Shown piece by piece: positions 18,805 to 29,300 of a stretch of 64,000 nucleotides of DNA. This DNA is from an uncultured Bacteroidales bacterium (lineage in GTDB: Bacteria; Bacteroidota; Bacteroidia; Bacteroidales; JALTDM01). The position numbers and the translations under genes were made by a program. The stretch is from NCBI GenBank assembly GCA_964421355.1, contig CAYQWX010000003.1, forward strand, positions 2,534-66,533, given 5' to 3'. Below the pieces are notes generated by a model, which did not search any database, was not told where the DNA came from, and saw only the letters and a list, made by a program, of their open reading frames with translations. Positions within the stretch are counted from its first letter, which is position 1; each line of letters opens with the position of its first letter.

Positions 18805-19591
18805 TTACTTAAAAACAAAAATCAAGCAAACACCGGAAATCGGAATAATATTAGGAACCGGTCTTGGAGGATTAGTTGAAAAAATAGAACGGGAAGCAAC
18901 TATTCCATATTCGGAAATCCCTAATTTTCCAATATCAACAGTAAAAGGGCATAGTGGCAACCTGATTTTTGGAAAATTAAACGGGAAAAATGTAGTAGCA
19001 ATGCAAGGACGCTTTCATTATTACGAAGGCTATTCTGCACAAGAAATCACATTCCCAGTAAGAGTAATGAAATACCTTGGCATAAAAGTATTATTTGTAT
19101 CCAATGCAAGTGGAGGAGTAAATCCTGAATTTGAAATAGGTGATATAATGATTATTACAGACCATATCAACTTAATACCTAATCCACTTATTGGTCCCAA
19201 CGATGATAGATTAGGACCACGCTTTCCCGATATGAGTGAAGCTTACGACAAAAAAATGATAAAAACAGTAGAACAAATTGCAGAAACATTAAACATCACA
19301 ATAAGAAAAGGAGTATATTGTGCTGTAACAGGTCCAACTTTTGAAACTCCAGCAGAATACAAGCACTTTAGGACAATAGGTGCTGATGCAGTAGGGATGT
19401 CCACAGTACCGGAAGTAATAGTAGCAAGACACATGAATTTACCTGTATTTGCAGTTTCAATAATAACAGATTTAGGTGTACCCGGTAAAATAGTAGAAGT
19501 GAGCCACGAAGAAGTAGTAAAAGCCGCAAGTAAATCAGAAAGTAAAATGACATTAATAATCAAAGAACTTATAGGAAAATTGGATTTATAA
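18776..19591 (+). CDS. purine nucleoside phosphorylase (PNP family 1)
   Basis: Motifs ILGTGLG, GRFHYYEGY and GADAVGMSTVPE. Overlaps the lpxK 3' end by 29 nt. Confidence 0.85.
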   Translation: MLTKILQSVDYLKTKIKQTPEIGIILGTGLGGLVEKIEREATIPYSEIPNFPISTVKGHSGNLIFGKLNGKNVVAMQGRFHYYEGYSAQEITFPVRVMKYLGIKVLFVSNASGGVNPEFEIGDIMIITDHINLIPNPLIGPNDDRLGPRFPDMSEAYDKKMIKTVEQIAETLNITIRKGVYCAVTGPTFETPAEYKHFRTIGADAVGMSTVPEVIVARHMNLPVFAVSIITDLGVPGKIVEVSHEEVVKAASKSESKMTLIIKELIGKLDL

Positions 19592-19601
19592 AACACATAA
19601 A

Positions 19602-20714
19602 ATGCAAAATAACACTATAAATATTCTCCTTTCAAAAGCCTTGGAAGGAGAATTTCTTTCTTTGGAAGAAGGAGTTAAACTTTGGAAAGAAGCCTCAATT
19701 CCACAACTTATGTGGACTGCCAATGAAATAAGAAAACAAAAAACAAATAATAGTAGCATAGTTGGCTGGATAATAGACCGAAACATAAATATCACCAATA
19801 TATGTATTGCCCAATGTGAATTTTGCAATTTCTACAGGCGACCGGGCTCAGAAGATGGCTATATAACTACAATGAACGAATATATAGAAAAAATAGATGA
19901 ACTCTATGAACTTGGTGGAAATCAAATCTTACTTCAAGGTGGATTACATCCAAAATTAGGACTGGACTATTACAAAGGTCTTTTTCGCATGCTAAAAGAC
20001 ATGTATCCTGACTTAAAACTACATGCACTTGGACCTGCCGAAATACACCACATAGCAAGAATGGAAGGAAAAGATTATGAATATGTATTACGAACACTAA
20101 TAGACGCAGGCTTAGATAGTTTACCGGGAGCAGGAGCAGAAATATTAAGCGATAGAGTAAGAAATACAATATCAAAAGGAAAATGCAACACCCAACAATG
20201 GTTAGATGTAATGAAAGTTGCACATAAATTAAACATGCCAACTTCCGCTACAATGATGTTTGGACACATAGAAACTATTGAAGAACGGATAAATCACCTG
20301 ATTCTCATAAGAGATTTACAAGCTCAAAAACCAAAAAATAGTTATGGATTTTTATCTTTTATTCCTTGGCCTTTTCAAGATAAAGGCACTATACTGGCAA
20401 CCAAAAGAAATATCAAAAACAATGTAACTTCACCCGAATATGTAAAAATGATAGCAATAAGCAGAATTATGCTACCTAACATACCTAACATCCAAGCTTC
20501 TTGGCTTACAGTAGGAATAAAAACTGCACAAGTCTGTTTGCATGCAGGAGCAAATGATATGGGCTCTATCATGATAGAAGAAAATGTAGTATCGGCTGCA
20601 GGTAAAAGTATAAAAGTAAATAAAACTGAAATACAACAAGCCATAAAAGAAGCAGGTTTTACTCCAAAACTTCGTAATCAAACTTTTAAATACTTTGACG
20701 AGGTGATACAATGA
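19602..20714 (+). CDS. radical SAM enzyme, CofH/MqnC/MqnE family (futalosine-pathway type)
   Basis: CIAQCEFCNFY radical-SAM cluster motif and a 370-aa CofH/Mqn-like length and layout. MqnC cannot be told from MqnE by eye. Confidence 0.65.
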   Translation: MQNNTINILLSKALEGEFLSLEEGVKLWKEASIPQLMWTANEIRKQKTNNSSIVGWIIDRNINITNICIAQCEFCNFYRRPGSEDGYITTMNEYIEKIDELYELGGNQILLQGGLHPKLGLDYYKGLFRMLKDMYPDLKLHALGPAEIHHIARMEGKDYEYVLRTLIDAGLDSLPGAGAEILSDRVRNTISKGKCNTQQWLDVMKVAHKLNMPTSATMMFGHIETIEERINHLILIRDLQAQKPKNSYGFLSFIPWPFQDKGTILATKRNIKNNVTSPEYVKMIAISRIMLPNIPNIQASWLTVGIKTAQVCLHAGANDMGSIMIEENVVSAAGKSIKVNKTEIQQAIKEAGFTPKLRNQTFKYFDEVIQ

Positions 20715-22738
20715 ATAAATTCAAACTTGTTTCATCATTCAAACCCACAGGCGATCAGCCAGAAGCAATTGAAAAATTAGTAAATGGATTAGTAAAAGGA
20801 GAAAAATATCAGACATTACTTGGAGTAACAGGCTCGGGAAAAACTTTTACAATGGCAAATGTTATTGCCAAAGTAAATCGCCCCACACTTATACTAAGCC
20901 ACAATAAAACATTAGCTGCTCAACTATACGGAGAGTTCAAACAATTTTTTCCCGAAAATGCCGTAGAATACTTTGTTTCATATTACGACTACTATCAACC
21001 CGAAGCTTATTTGCCTACTACAGACACATACATAGAAAAAGATTTATCAATAAACGAACAAATAGAAAAATTGCGTTTAAGCACCACCTCTGCCCTATTA
21101 TCAGGACGAAGAGACATCATAGTAGTATCCTCAGTATCATGCCTATACGGCATTGGCAATCCTGAAGACTTCCGCAGTAACACAGTTCATATAAAACGAG
21201 GACAACCATTGGACCGCAACTTCTTTTTAAGACAACTTGTAAATGCTCTTTATTTTCGCACAGACGGAGAACTCAAACGAGGTTCTTTTAGAGTAATCGG
21301 AGATATAGTAGATATACTCATTCCTTATGAAGAATTTATAATACGTGTAAGTTTTTGGGACAACGAAATAGAAGATATTCTTGTAATAATGCCTGATACA
21401 GGAGAAGTAATAGACCAACCTGAACAAATGTATATTTATCCTGCAAGCATTTTTGTAACCACTCAAGAAAGAATAAACAGAGCCATAAATCAAATACTGG
21501 AAGATTTAAATAAGCAAGTAAAACTATTTGAAGAACAAGGCAAAAAATTGGAAGCAAAAAGACTTTATGAAAGAGTAACATTTGATATAGAAATGATAAA
21601 AGAATTAGGCTATTGTTCAGGAATAGAAAACTACTCCAGATACTTTGACGGTAGAGCACCCGGTAGCCGTCCTTTCTGCTTATTAGACTACTTCCCTGAT
21701 GATTTTCTTACAATAATAGACGAAAGCCATGTTACTATTCCACAAATAAGAGCAATGTATGGAGGCGATCATTCTCGCAAAAAAGTACTTGTAGAATATG
21801 GATTTAGACTACCTGCCGCTATTGATAACAGACCACTAAAATTTGAAGAGTTTGAACAACTTACCAACCAAACAATTTATGTAAGTGCAACCCCTGGAGA
21901 TTATGAAATTAAAAAATCAAAAGGCATTGTTGTAGAACAACTTATTCGCCCAACAGGACTATTAGATCCGGAAATAGAAGTAAGACCATCAGAAAATCAG
22001 ATAGATGATTTAATGGCAGAAATACAAAAAAGAATAGAAAAAAAACAAAGAGTATTGGTAACCACTCTCACCAAAAGAATGGCAGAAGAACTTACAGCAT
22101 ATTTAGTAGATTACAGAATTCGCACTCAATACATACATTCCGATATAGATACATTAGAACGCGTAGATATACTTGATAATTTACGTACAGGCAAAATTGA
22201 TGTATTAGTAGGAGTAAACTTACTAAGAGAAGGGCTTGACCTTCCAGAAGTATCACTTGTAGCAATACTTGATGCAGACAAAGAAGGTTTTTTGCGAAGT
22301 GAAAAAGCTCTTACCCAAGTAGCAGGACGAGCAGCACGCAACAGTGAAGGTAAAGTAATAATGTATGCCGATAAAATTACCGACTCCATGCAAAAAGTAA
22401 TCGACGAAACCAACAGAAGACGTGAAATACAAATAAAATACAATCAAAAACATGGTATTGTTCCCCAAACAATTATCAAATCTCATAAGTCAATAATGGC
22501 AAATACTACCAAAGAAACTCAATACTATATAGAATCGGAAAAAAATAACATCGCTGCCGATCCTATAGTAAAATATATGAGTAAAACTCAAATGGAAAAA
22601 ACACTTGAAAAACTTAAAAACGACATGAATAGCGCTGCCGAAAATTTAGAATTTATAGAAGCCGCAAAAATACGAGATGAATACTTCCAATTAAAAAAAC
22701 TATACGAAGAAACTTTTGGGAAAAAATATAAAAATTAA
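20711..22738 (+). CDS. uvrB: excinuclease ABC subunit B
   Basis: GVTGSGKT Walker A, DESH box and C-terminal UVR motif (EFIEAAKIRDE). Confidence 0.95.
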   Translation: MNKFKLVSSFKPTGDQPEAIEKLVNGLVKGEKYQTLLGVTGSGKTFTMANVIAKVNRPTLILSHNKTLAAQLYGEFKQFFPENAVEYFVSYYDYYQPEAYLPTTDTYIEKDLSINEQIEKLRLSTTSALLSGRRDIIVVSSVSCLYGIGNPEDFRSNTVHIKRGQPLDRNFFLRQLVNALYFRTDGELKRGSFRVIGDIVDILIPYEEFIIRVSFWDNEIEDILVIMPDTGEVIDQPEQMYIYPASIFVTTQERINRAINQILEDLNKQVKLFEEQGKKLEAKRLYERVTFDIEMIKELGYCSGIENYSRYFDGRAPGSRPFCLLDYFPDDFLTIIDESHVTIPQIRAMYGGDHSRKKVLVEYGFRLPAAIDNRPLKFEEFEQLTNQTIYVSATPGDYEIKKSKGIVVEQLIRPTGLLDPEIEVRPSENQIDDLMAEIQKRIEKKQRVLVTTLTKRMAEELTAYLVDYRIRTQYIHSDIDTLERVDILDNLRTGKIDVLVGVNLLREGLDLPEVSLVAILDADKEGFLRSEKALTQVAGRAARNSEGKVIMYADKITDSMQKVIDETNRRREIQIKYNQKHGIVPQTIIKSHKSIMANTTKETQYYIESEKNNIAADPIVKYMSKTQMEKTLEKLKNDMNSAAENLEFIEAAKIRDEYFQLKKLYEETFGKKYKN

Positions 22739-22748
22739 TCCAAATGAA

Positions 22749-22779
22749 AAGAGGGCGTTCAATAAATTGTCGCCCTCTT
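22749..22779. terminator. bidirectional intrinsic terminator hairpin between convergent uvrB and aconitase genes
   Basis: Perfect 9-bp stem AAGAGGGCG / CGCCCTCTT with a 13-nt loop, GC-rich in an AT-rich spacer. Confidence 0.65.
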
Positions 22780-22802
22780 CATCACCATAAGTAAAAAAAC
22801 TT

Positions 22803-24761
22803 TTATTTCTTTTTATCAAACTTATCTTTTATGTATTTGAGTATTCCTCCTGCTTTTATCATTTCCACTTGTCTTTCATTAAGACCGTGTTTTACAGGTA
22901 TTTCCACATTACCATTTACCTTTAATATAAGTATATTATCATCTCCCGGTGCAAAATTAGAAGTATCTATTTCTACATCATCTCCTTGTTTTATCTTTTC
23001 ATAATCTTCAGGGTTTACAAATACCAAAGGTAAAATACCAAAGTTAACAAGGTTAGCATGGTGTATTCTTGAAAAAGATTTCACTACTACAGCTTTCACT
23101 CCCAAATACATAGGAGCAATAGCAGCATGTTCTCTTGATGAACCTTGTCCGTAATTTTCTCCACCAACTATTATTCCGCCACCTTTTTCTTCTTTTACTT
23201 TAAGTGCTCTATCTGCAAAAGTTTCATCAATTATGCTATACACAAATTTTGATATTGCAGGTATATTAGACCTCAAAGGCAACACTTTTGCCCCAGCAGG
23301 CATAATATGGTCTGTTGTTATATTATCTTCCACTTTAAGCAACACTTCTGCAGCTATTTTATCTTGCAATGGTTCTTTGTAGCCCACATAATTAATAGTA
23401 GGAGCTTTAAACACTTCTACTTCTTCAGGAAATGCGGCAGGAGCTATCACCATAGAATCATCTATTTCAAAATGATCCGGTAATGCTATACGAATAGGAT
23501 TTAATCCTAAATTTCTCGGATCTGTAATTTGTCCTGTCATAGCAGCAGCTGCCGCTACTTCAGGAGAAGCTAAATAAACTCCCGCATCTTTAGTGCCTGA
23601 ACGTCCATAAAAGTTTCTGTTAAATGTTCTAACAGAAACTCCTTTTGAAGGAGGTGCAAAACCCATACCGATACATGGTCCACAAGCATTTTCCAAAAAT
23701 CTAAATCCTGCTTCTAACAACTTATCATAAGCCCCTTCCTTAGTAATCATATGAAGCACTTGTTTACTACCTGGAGATATTGCAGCAGTAACAAGAGGAT
23801 AAACAGGTCTATCTGCATATTCAAACATTTTGGCAACAGTCATCAAATCCCTATATGAAGAATTGGTACACGAACCAATAGCTACTTGATGTACTTTTAA
23901 GCCTTCAACTTCTTTTACTTTTTTCACATTATCCGGTGAATGAGGAAGAGCTATCATCGGTTCCAATTCATCCAAATTTATTTCTACTACTTCATCGTAG
24001 GTAGCATCAGGATCTGCTTCTAATCTCCTCCATTGAGATTCGCGTCCCTCAGCTTTCATAAATAAATATGTTTGTTCATCACTCGGGAATATAGAAGTTG
24101 TTGCACCTAATTCCGCTCCCATATTAGTAATCGTTGCACGTTCTGGCACAGTCAATTCTTTAACACCAGGTCCTCCGTATTCAAATATCTTTCTTACTCC
24201 TCCTTTTACAGACAATCTCCTTAAAAGTTCAAGAATAATATCCTTAGCAGAAACAAAAGGTTGTAATTTGCCTACAAGATTTACTTTTACCACTTTGGGC
24301 ATAATAAGATAAAAAGGTTCACCTGCCATTGCAAGCGCTACATCCATACCTCCCGCACCAATAGCTAATGCTCCAATACCTCCTGATGTAGGAGTATGAG
24401 AATCGGAACCTAACAAAGTTTTTCCGGGAATAGCAAACCTTTCTACATTTAATTGATGACAAATACCATTGCCTGCTTTACTATAATAAATACCATATTT
24501 AGCAGCTACAGTTTGTAAAAACAAATGGTCATTTGCATTTTCAGGACCTCCTGCTTGTAATGTATTATGATCCACATAAGAAACTGATAACTCCGTTTGT
24601 ACTTTGGGCAATCCTATTGCTTGAAAATGTAAATATGCCATCGTACCCGTAGCATCTTGCGTAAGAGTATGATCTATTCTTATACCAATATTTTTCCCCG
24701 CCTCCATGGTGCCTTCTACCAAGTGGGCTTTGATAATCTTTTGTACTATGTTCAATCCCAT
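22803..24761 (-). CDS. aconitate hydratase (short ~650-aa form)
   Basis: Fe-S ligand regions GSDSHT, GSCTNSS and CGPCIG. C-terminal swivel domain with GENYGQGSSREHAA. Confidence 0.85.
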   Translation of the reverse strand: MGLNIVQKIIKAHLVEGTMEAGKNIGIRIDHTLTQDATGTMAYLHFQAIGLPKVQTELSVSYVDHNTLQAGGPENANDHLFLQTVAAKYGIYYSKAGNGICHQLNVERFAIPGKTLLGSDSHTPTSGGIGALAIGAGGMDVALAMAGEPFYLIMPKVVKVNLVGKLQPFVSAKDIILELLRRLSVKGGVRKIFEYGGPGVKELTVPERATITNMGAELGATTSIFPSDEQTYLFMKAEGRESQWRRLEADPDATYDEVVEINLDELEPMIALPHSPDNVKKVKEVEGLKVHQVAIGSCTNSSYRDLMTVAKMFEYADRPVYPLVTAAISPGSKQVLHMITKEGAYDKLLEAGFRFLENACGPCIGMGFAPPSKGVSVRTFNRNFYGRSGTKDAGVYLASPEVAAAAAMTGQITDPRNLGLNPIRIALPDHFEIDDSMVIAPAAFPEEVEVFKAPTINYVGYKEPLQDKIAAEVLLKVEDNITTDHIMPAGAKVLPLRSNIPAISKFVYSIIDETFADRALKVKEEKGGGIIVGGENYGQGSSREHAAIAPMYLGVKAVVVKSFSRIHHANLVNFGILPLVFVNPEDYEKIKQGDDVEIDTSNFAPGDDNILILKVNGNVEIPVKHGLNERQVEMIKAGGILKYIKDKFDKKK

Positions 24762-24790
24762 TTTTATTTATTTTTTAAGATGTTATGGCA

Positions 24791-24798
24791 CAAATATA
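24791..24798 (-). promoter_or_regulatory. Bacteroidota -7 promoter box (TAnnTTTG)
   Basis: TATATTTG on the minus strand, 29 nt upstream of the aconitase ATG at 24761. Confidence 0.4.
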
Positions 24799-24807
24799 CA
24801 AATAAGA

Positions 24808-24815
24808 TAAATTTG
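24808..24815 (+). promoter_or_regulatory. Bacteroidota -7 promoter box (TAnnTTTG)
   Basis: TAAATTTG, 98 nt upstream of the citrate synthase ATG at 24914. Divergent to the aconitase box. Confidence 0.3.
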
Positions 24816-24913
24816 TTTAATATTTTTCTATAAATTATTTAGAGAATTATTTCTTTATATAAAAAAATATATATTTTTACCCAGACTTATAACAAATAAA
24901 ATTTTTAAGTATT

Positions 24914-26227
24914 ATGGAAAATACAAAACTATTTCAAAAACTATCAGAAAAAATTGAAGCACATCGTCCAAGAACAACCCGCTTGTTAAAAGAATTTGGC
25001 GATGTAAAAGCCGATGAAGTAAAAATTAGACAAATAATCGGTGGAATGCGAGGAGTAAAAGTACTTGTAACTGATATCTCTTATTTAGACCCTTATGAAG
25101 GAATTAGATACAGAGGATTAACATTGCCTGAAGTATTTGAAAAATTACCAAAACCTGAAGGGAAAGAATATCCTTATGTAGAAGGATTATTTTATTTATT
25201 ATTAACAGGCGAAGTTCCAACACAAGAAGAAGTAAACGAACTGATAGAATTGTTCAAAGAACATAGAAAATTACCTCAATATGTAATAGATGTATTAAGA
25301 GCAATGCCAGCAGATAGCCATCCAATGGCAATGTTTGCAACAGCAGTAGTCGCAATGCAAAGAGAATCAAAATTCGCTGAATTTTACAGAGAAGGATTTA
25401 ATAAAATGGAAGCATGGAAATATATGCTAAAAGATGCAATAGAAATATTAGCCAAACTTCCTATGATTGCAGCATACATATATCGTAGAAAATATAAAGG
25501 AGACATCCATATTCCTGAAGATACAAATTTAGACTTTGGAGGTAATTTTGCTCATATGATGGGAATACCTACTCCTTATGACGAAGTGGCAAGAATGTAT
25601 TTTATAATCCATGCTGACCATGAAAGTGGTAATGTATCTGCTCATACAGGACATTTGGTTGCTTCTGCTTTATCTGATGCTTATTATTCAATATCCGCAA
25701 TGTTAGATGGCTTGGCAGGACCATTACACGGATTAGCAAATCAAGAAGTGTTAAGATGGATACAAGGAGTAATGGAAAAAATGGGAGATAAACTTCCAAG
25801 TGAAGAAGATATGAAAAAATTTGTATGGGATACATTAAATTCAGGCCAAGTAATACCAGGATTTGGACATGCTGTATTAAGAAAAACAGATCCTCGTTAT
25901 ATGGTTCAAAGAGAATTTGCCCTCAAACACATGAAAGATGATATATTATTCAAATATGTTGACTTACTATATAAAGTAGTACCACCTATTTTGGTAGAAC
26001 AAGGTAAAGCAAAAAATCCATGGCCTAATGTAGATGCTCATTCTGGAGTGGTACAATGGTATTATGGACTAAAAGAATATGATTTTTACACAGTACTATT
26101 TGGTGTAGGCAGAGCAATAGGTGTATTATCTAATATTGTATGGGACAGGGCTTTAGGTTACCCAATAGAAAGACCTAAGTCTATTACAACAGATATGTTG
26201 GAAGAAATAGCTGGAATGAAAAAATAA
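24914..26227 (+). CDS. gltA: citrate synthase
   Basis: Motifs GPLHGLANQE, GFGHAVLRKTDPRY and DAHSG. Confidence 0.9.
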   Translation: MENTKLFQKLSEKIEAHRPRTTRLLKEFGDVKADEVKIRQIIGGMRGVKVLVTDISYLDPYEGIRYRGLTLPEVFEKLPKPEGKEYPYVEGLFYLLLTGEVPTQEEVNELIELFKEHRKLPQYVIDVLRAMPADSHPMAMFATAVVAMQRESKFAEFYREGFNKMEAWKYMLKDAIEILAKLPMIAAYIYRRKYKGDIHIPEDTNLDFGGNFAHMMGIPTPYDEVARMYFIIHADHESGNVSAHTGHLVASALSDAYYSISAMLDGLAGPLHGLANQEVLRWIQGVMEKMGDKLPSEEDMKKFVWDTLNSGQVIPGFGHAVLRKTDPRYMVQREFALKHMKDDILFKYVDLLYKVVPPILVEQGKAKNPWPNVDAHSGVVQWYYGLKEYDFYTVLFGVGRAIGVLSNIVWDRALGYPIERPKSITTDMLEEIAGMKK

Positions 26228-26251
26228 AATAATTTTATAAACTTTTAATTT

Positions 26252-26292
26252 AAAGGGCTGTGATTTTTTCAACAGCCCTTTTTTATTTTTTT
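26252..26292 (+). terminator. rho-independent terminator of citrate synthase
   Basis: 10-bp stem AAAGGGCTGT / ACAGCCCTTT with a 10-nt loop, followed by a T-run (TTTTATTTTTTT). Confidence 0.75.
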
Positions 26293-26357
26293 AACTTTAA
26301 AAATAAAATACGCAACTTTTACCATAGCTTTTCGTTTTCTTATCAAAATTATTTATT

Positions 26358-26365
26358 TATTTTTG
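26358..26365 (+). promoter_or_regulatory. Bacteroidota -7 promoter box (TAnnTTTG)
   Basis: TATTTTTG, only 8 nt upstream of the ATG at 26374. This would imply a near-leaderless mRNA. Confidence 0.3.
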
Positions 26366-26373
26366 TATCAACA

Positions 26374-29300
26374 ATGAAAAAGAATTTAAACAAAGTGAAA
26401 CGGATAATATTTTTAGTAGCATTTTTAACAGGAATAACATATATTACTAATGCACAAACATATTCAGTTACAGACGGAGGAACGGTAAATACTTGTAATG
26501 GCACCCTTAACTTAGGAAATTATACACCTGGGCAAACTTATGTATTTACATTATGCTCTGATGATGTATCCAGTGGAAACACAAACATGTCTGTCACATT
26601 TGATTCATATAACATCAATAATGGCACTCTATGTGTTTATGATGGTACTTCTACAAATGCTCCCCAAATTGGCTGTAATGCATGGCAATCTCCATGGGCG
26701 GTAACAGCAAGTGGAGCTAATGCTTCCGGTTGTTTAACATTTGAATATACAGGAAATAGCACTGGAGATAATTTTTCAGGCACTATCCATTGTCATTTTC
26801 AGTGTCAGCATTCGGAATTGGTTCTAGACTCTACAAATCCGGCTTTTGTATATGAAGATAGTGCTTATTATGTAAACATATGTGAAGGACAACAAATATC
26901 TTTTAACATCCATGGAGAATATTCAAATGCAACTTATTCTCAATCAGACGCTACTTCTACTTTTACTTGGTATTGGTCCAATGATGACTCCATAATAGGT
27001 CAAGGACTTACTTCACAAACTCACACATTCACAGGACATCATGGTTATAATGTAAGAGTATATATGGAAGATGCTATGGGATGCGAATCCTCAACAATGG
27101 TAAATGTAAGAGTAAGGGTAAGTTTGAAGCCTTCGTTTAATGAAACTTCATTAGATCCAACTATTATTTGTCCATGTGACCCTGTAACACTTGGAAGTGA
27201 TGCAAATAATGATGGTGTTGCAAATGTAGAAGAACCATCGTGGACAAGTATGCCTCCTTTGGTAGTTTCTGGAACAACTTATCTGCCGGACGGTAGTGGA
27301 GTTTGCTATGAAACTTCTATACAAGTAAATAGCTTTGAACCTGGACAAACATTAGATGATATAAACCAACTTAATGGTATTTGCATGAATATAGAACACT
27401 CTTTTATTGGAGACTTAACAATGTATATAATTTGCCCAAACGGAACACAAGTGCAAATGGAGGCACAAACAGGAGGTGGAGTATTCTTAGGAGATGCCAA
27501 TGACAATAGCACAAGTCCGGGAACAGGTTACACATATTGTATATCTCCTAACCCCACCTATAATGGAACTTTAGGAGATGCTGCCAATGCAGGACATACA
27601 GTAGGTGTTTCTCAGGGAAGTGCAGTAGATCCAAATGACACCTATGCTTCTTACGAATCTTTAAGTGCATTGGTAGGGTGTCCCCTTAACGGACAATGGA
27701 CTATACGGATTTGTGATAATTGGGAAATTGATGATGGTTATATTTTTGCATGGTGGTTAGATTTTGATCCATCACTATATCCTGATGTATGGCAATACAC
27801 CAATAATATAGTATCTCAAACATGGACAGCACCAAATACAGGAGGACAAATATTAGATGATAATGGTCAAGGATATGGTGCAGGTACCTATTTTTGTGAA
27901 AACCCACCTAACAGTCAGACACAACAACCTTTTACATTGACGGTGGTAGATGATTATGGGTGTACATACGATACCACAATTAATGTAATAGTAAGATCAG
28001 TAACCGATACACAATGTGAATGTTATACTCCACCATTTACTATAGATGTAGTTCCTCCTCCTTGTGCAGATTCTGCTGCAAAATTTACATATAATGGAGG
28101 TAGTAACCCTGTAGATGCTAGTATTTCTACTTTTACTTGGGATTTTGGTCCTGGTAATGTAGTAGGTGGAGATGTAAACGGTCCCGGTCCAATATGGGTA
28201 AAATTTCCTCCAGGATCAACTAATACCGTAAGTCTTCAAGTACAAGAAAGTTATTGCGAACCTTATGATACATCAACAACAGTAACAACTCCGCCAACAT
28301 TACTAACTTCTACATCATCACAAGATGTTTTATGTTACGGAGATGTAAACGGTGTTGCAATGGTAAATGCTAACGGAGGAACTCCTCCTTATACATACTC
28401 TTGGAACAACGGAGCTACTATGGACTCTTTAACAGGATTAGGTGCAGGATTATATAGCGTTACAGTAACTGACTCAAATGGCTGTTATTCCACAAATGCA
28501 GTAATAATACACCAACCTGATTCTCTAAAATTAGATGTTCAAGATAATTTTGAAGTATGTAATGGACAACCCTTAACCGTAACAACGTCTACCACAGGCG
28601 GAACACCTCCCTATACATATTCTTGGAATGGAAACGATGGAGGACCTACTTTAAATAATTTTCCGGATACAAGCATAGATTACAATATAGTAGTTACCGA
28701 CAATAATGGATGCCTCGCACATGCATCTACTCATGTTCAAGTATCACCACCATTAAGAATGGAATTATTTACAAACAAAGACAGTATATGTCCTGGAGAT
28801 GAAGTAGTTATATCAGCGGCATTTTTTGGTGGTGGTGGTGGACCTTATTATATTTATCTAGACAATGGACAAGTAATTACTTTGCCAATCAAAATGCGTT
28901 TTAATGAAAGTACTCAAGTTATTATTCATGCCAAAGATGTGTGTGGCTCTGAAGCAACAGACACAGTAAATATAGGAGTATATCAAATGCCTTATGTAAC
29001 TTTTATAGCAGACACATTAGAAGGGTGCCAACCATTTACTGTTAATTTTAACATTACAGCAGGAGCAGAACAGACTCATAATTATATATGGAATTTTGGA
29101 GATCGAGATGATATAAACCTTTCTTTAAGTGGAAATCCTGAACATACTTATTTCGATGCAGGACTATATGATGTTACATTAATGTACACAACTAACAAAG
29201 GCTGTAAAGACACAGTTAGTATCCCCAATATGATATTAGTTCACAAAAAACCTGTTGCTCGTTTCATAGAAAAACCTGAACATGCAACCATAATAGACCC

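Noticed and set aside
26260-26373. GTG-initiated 38-codon N-terminal extension of the first giant T9SS gene in the ORF track.
   Set aside because: The extension starts inside the citrate synthase terminator hairpin (26252-26281) and spans a -7 promoter box (26358-26365). A canonical signal peptide begins at the ATG at 26374.
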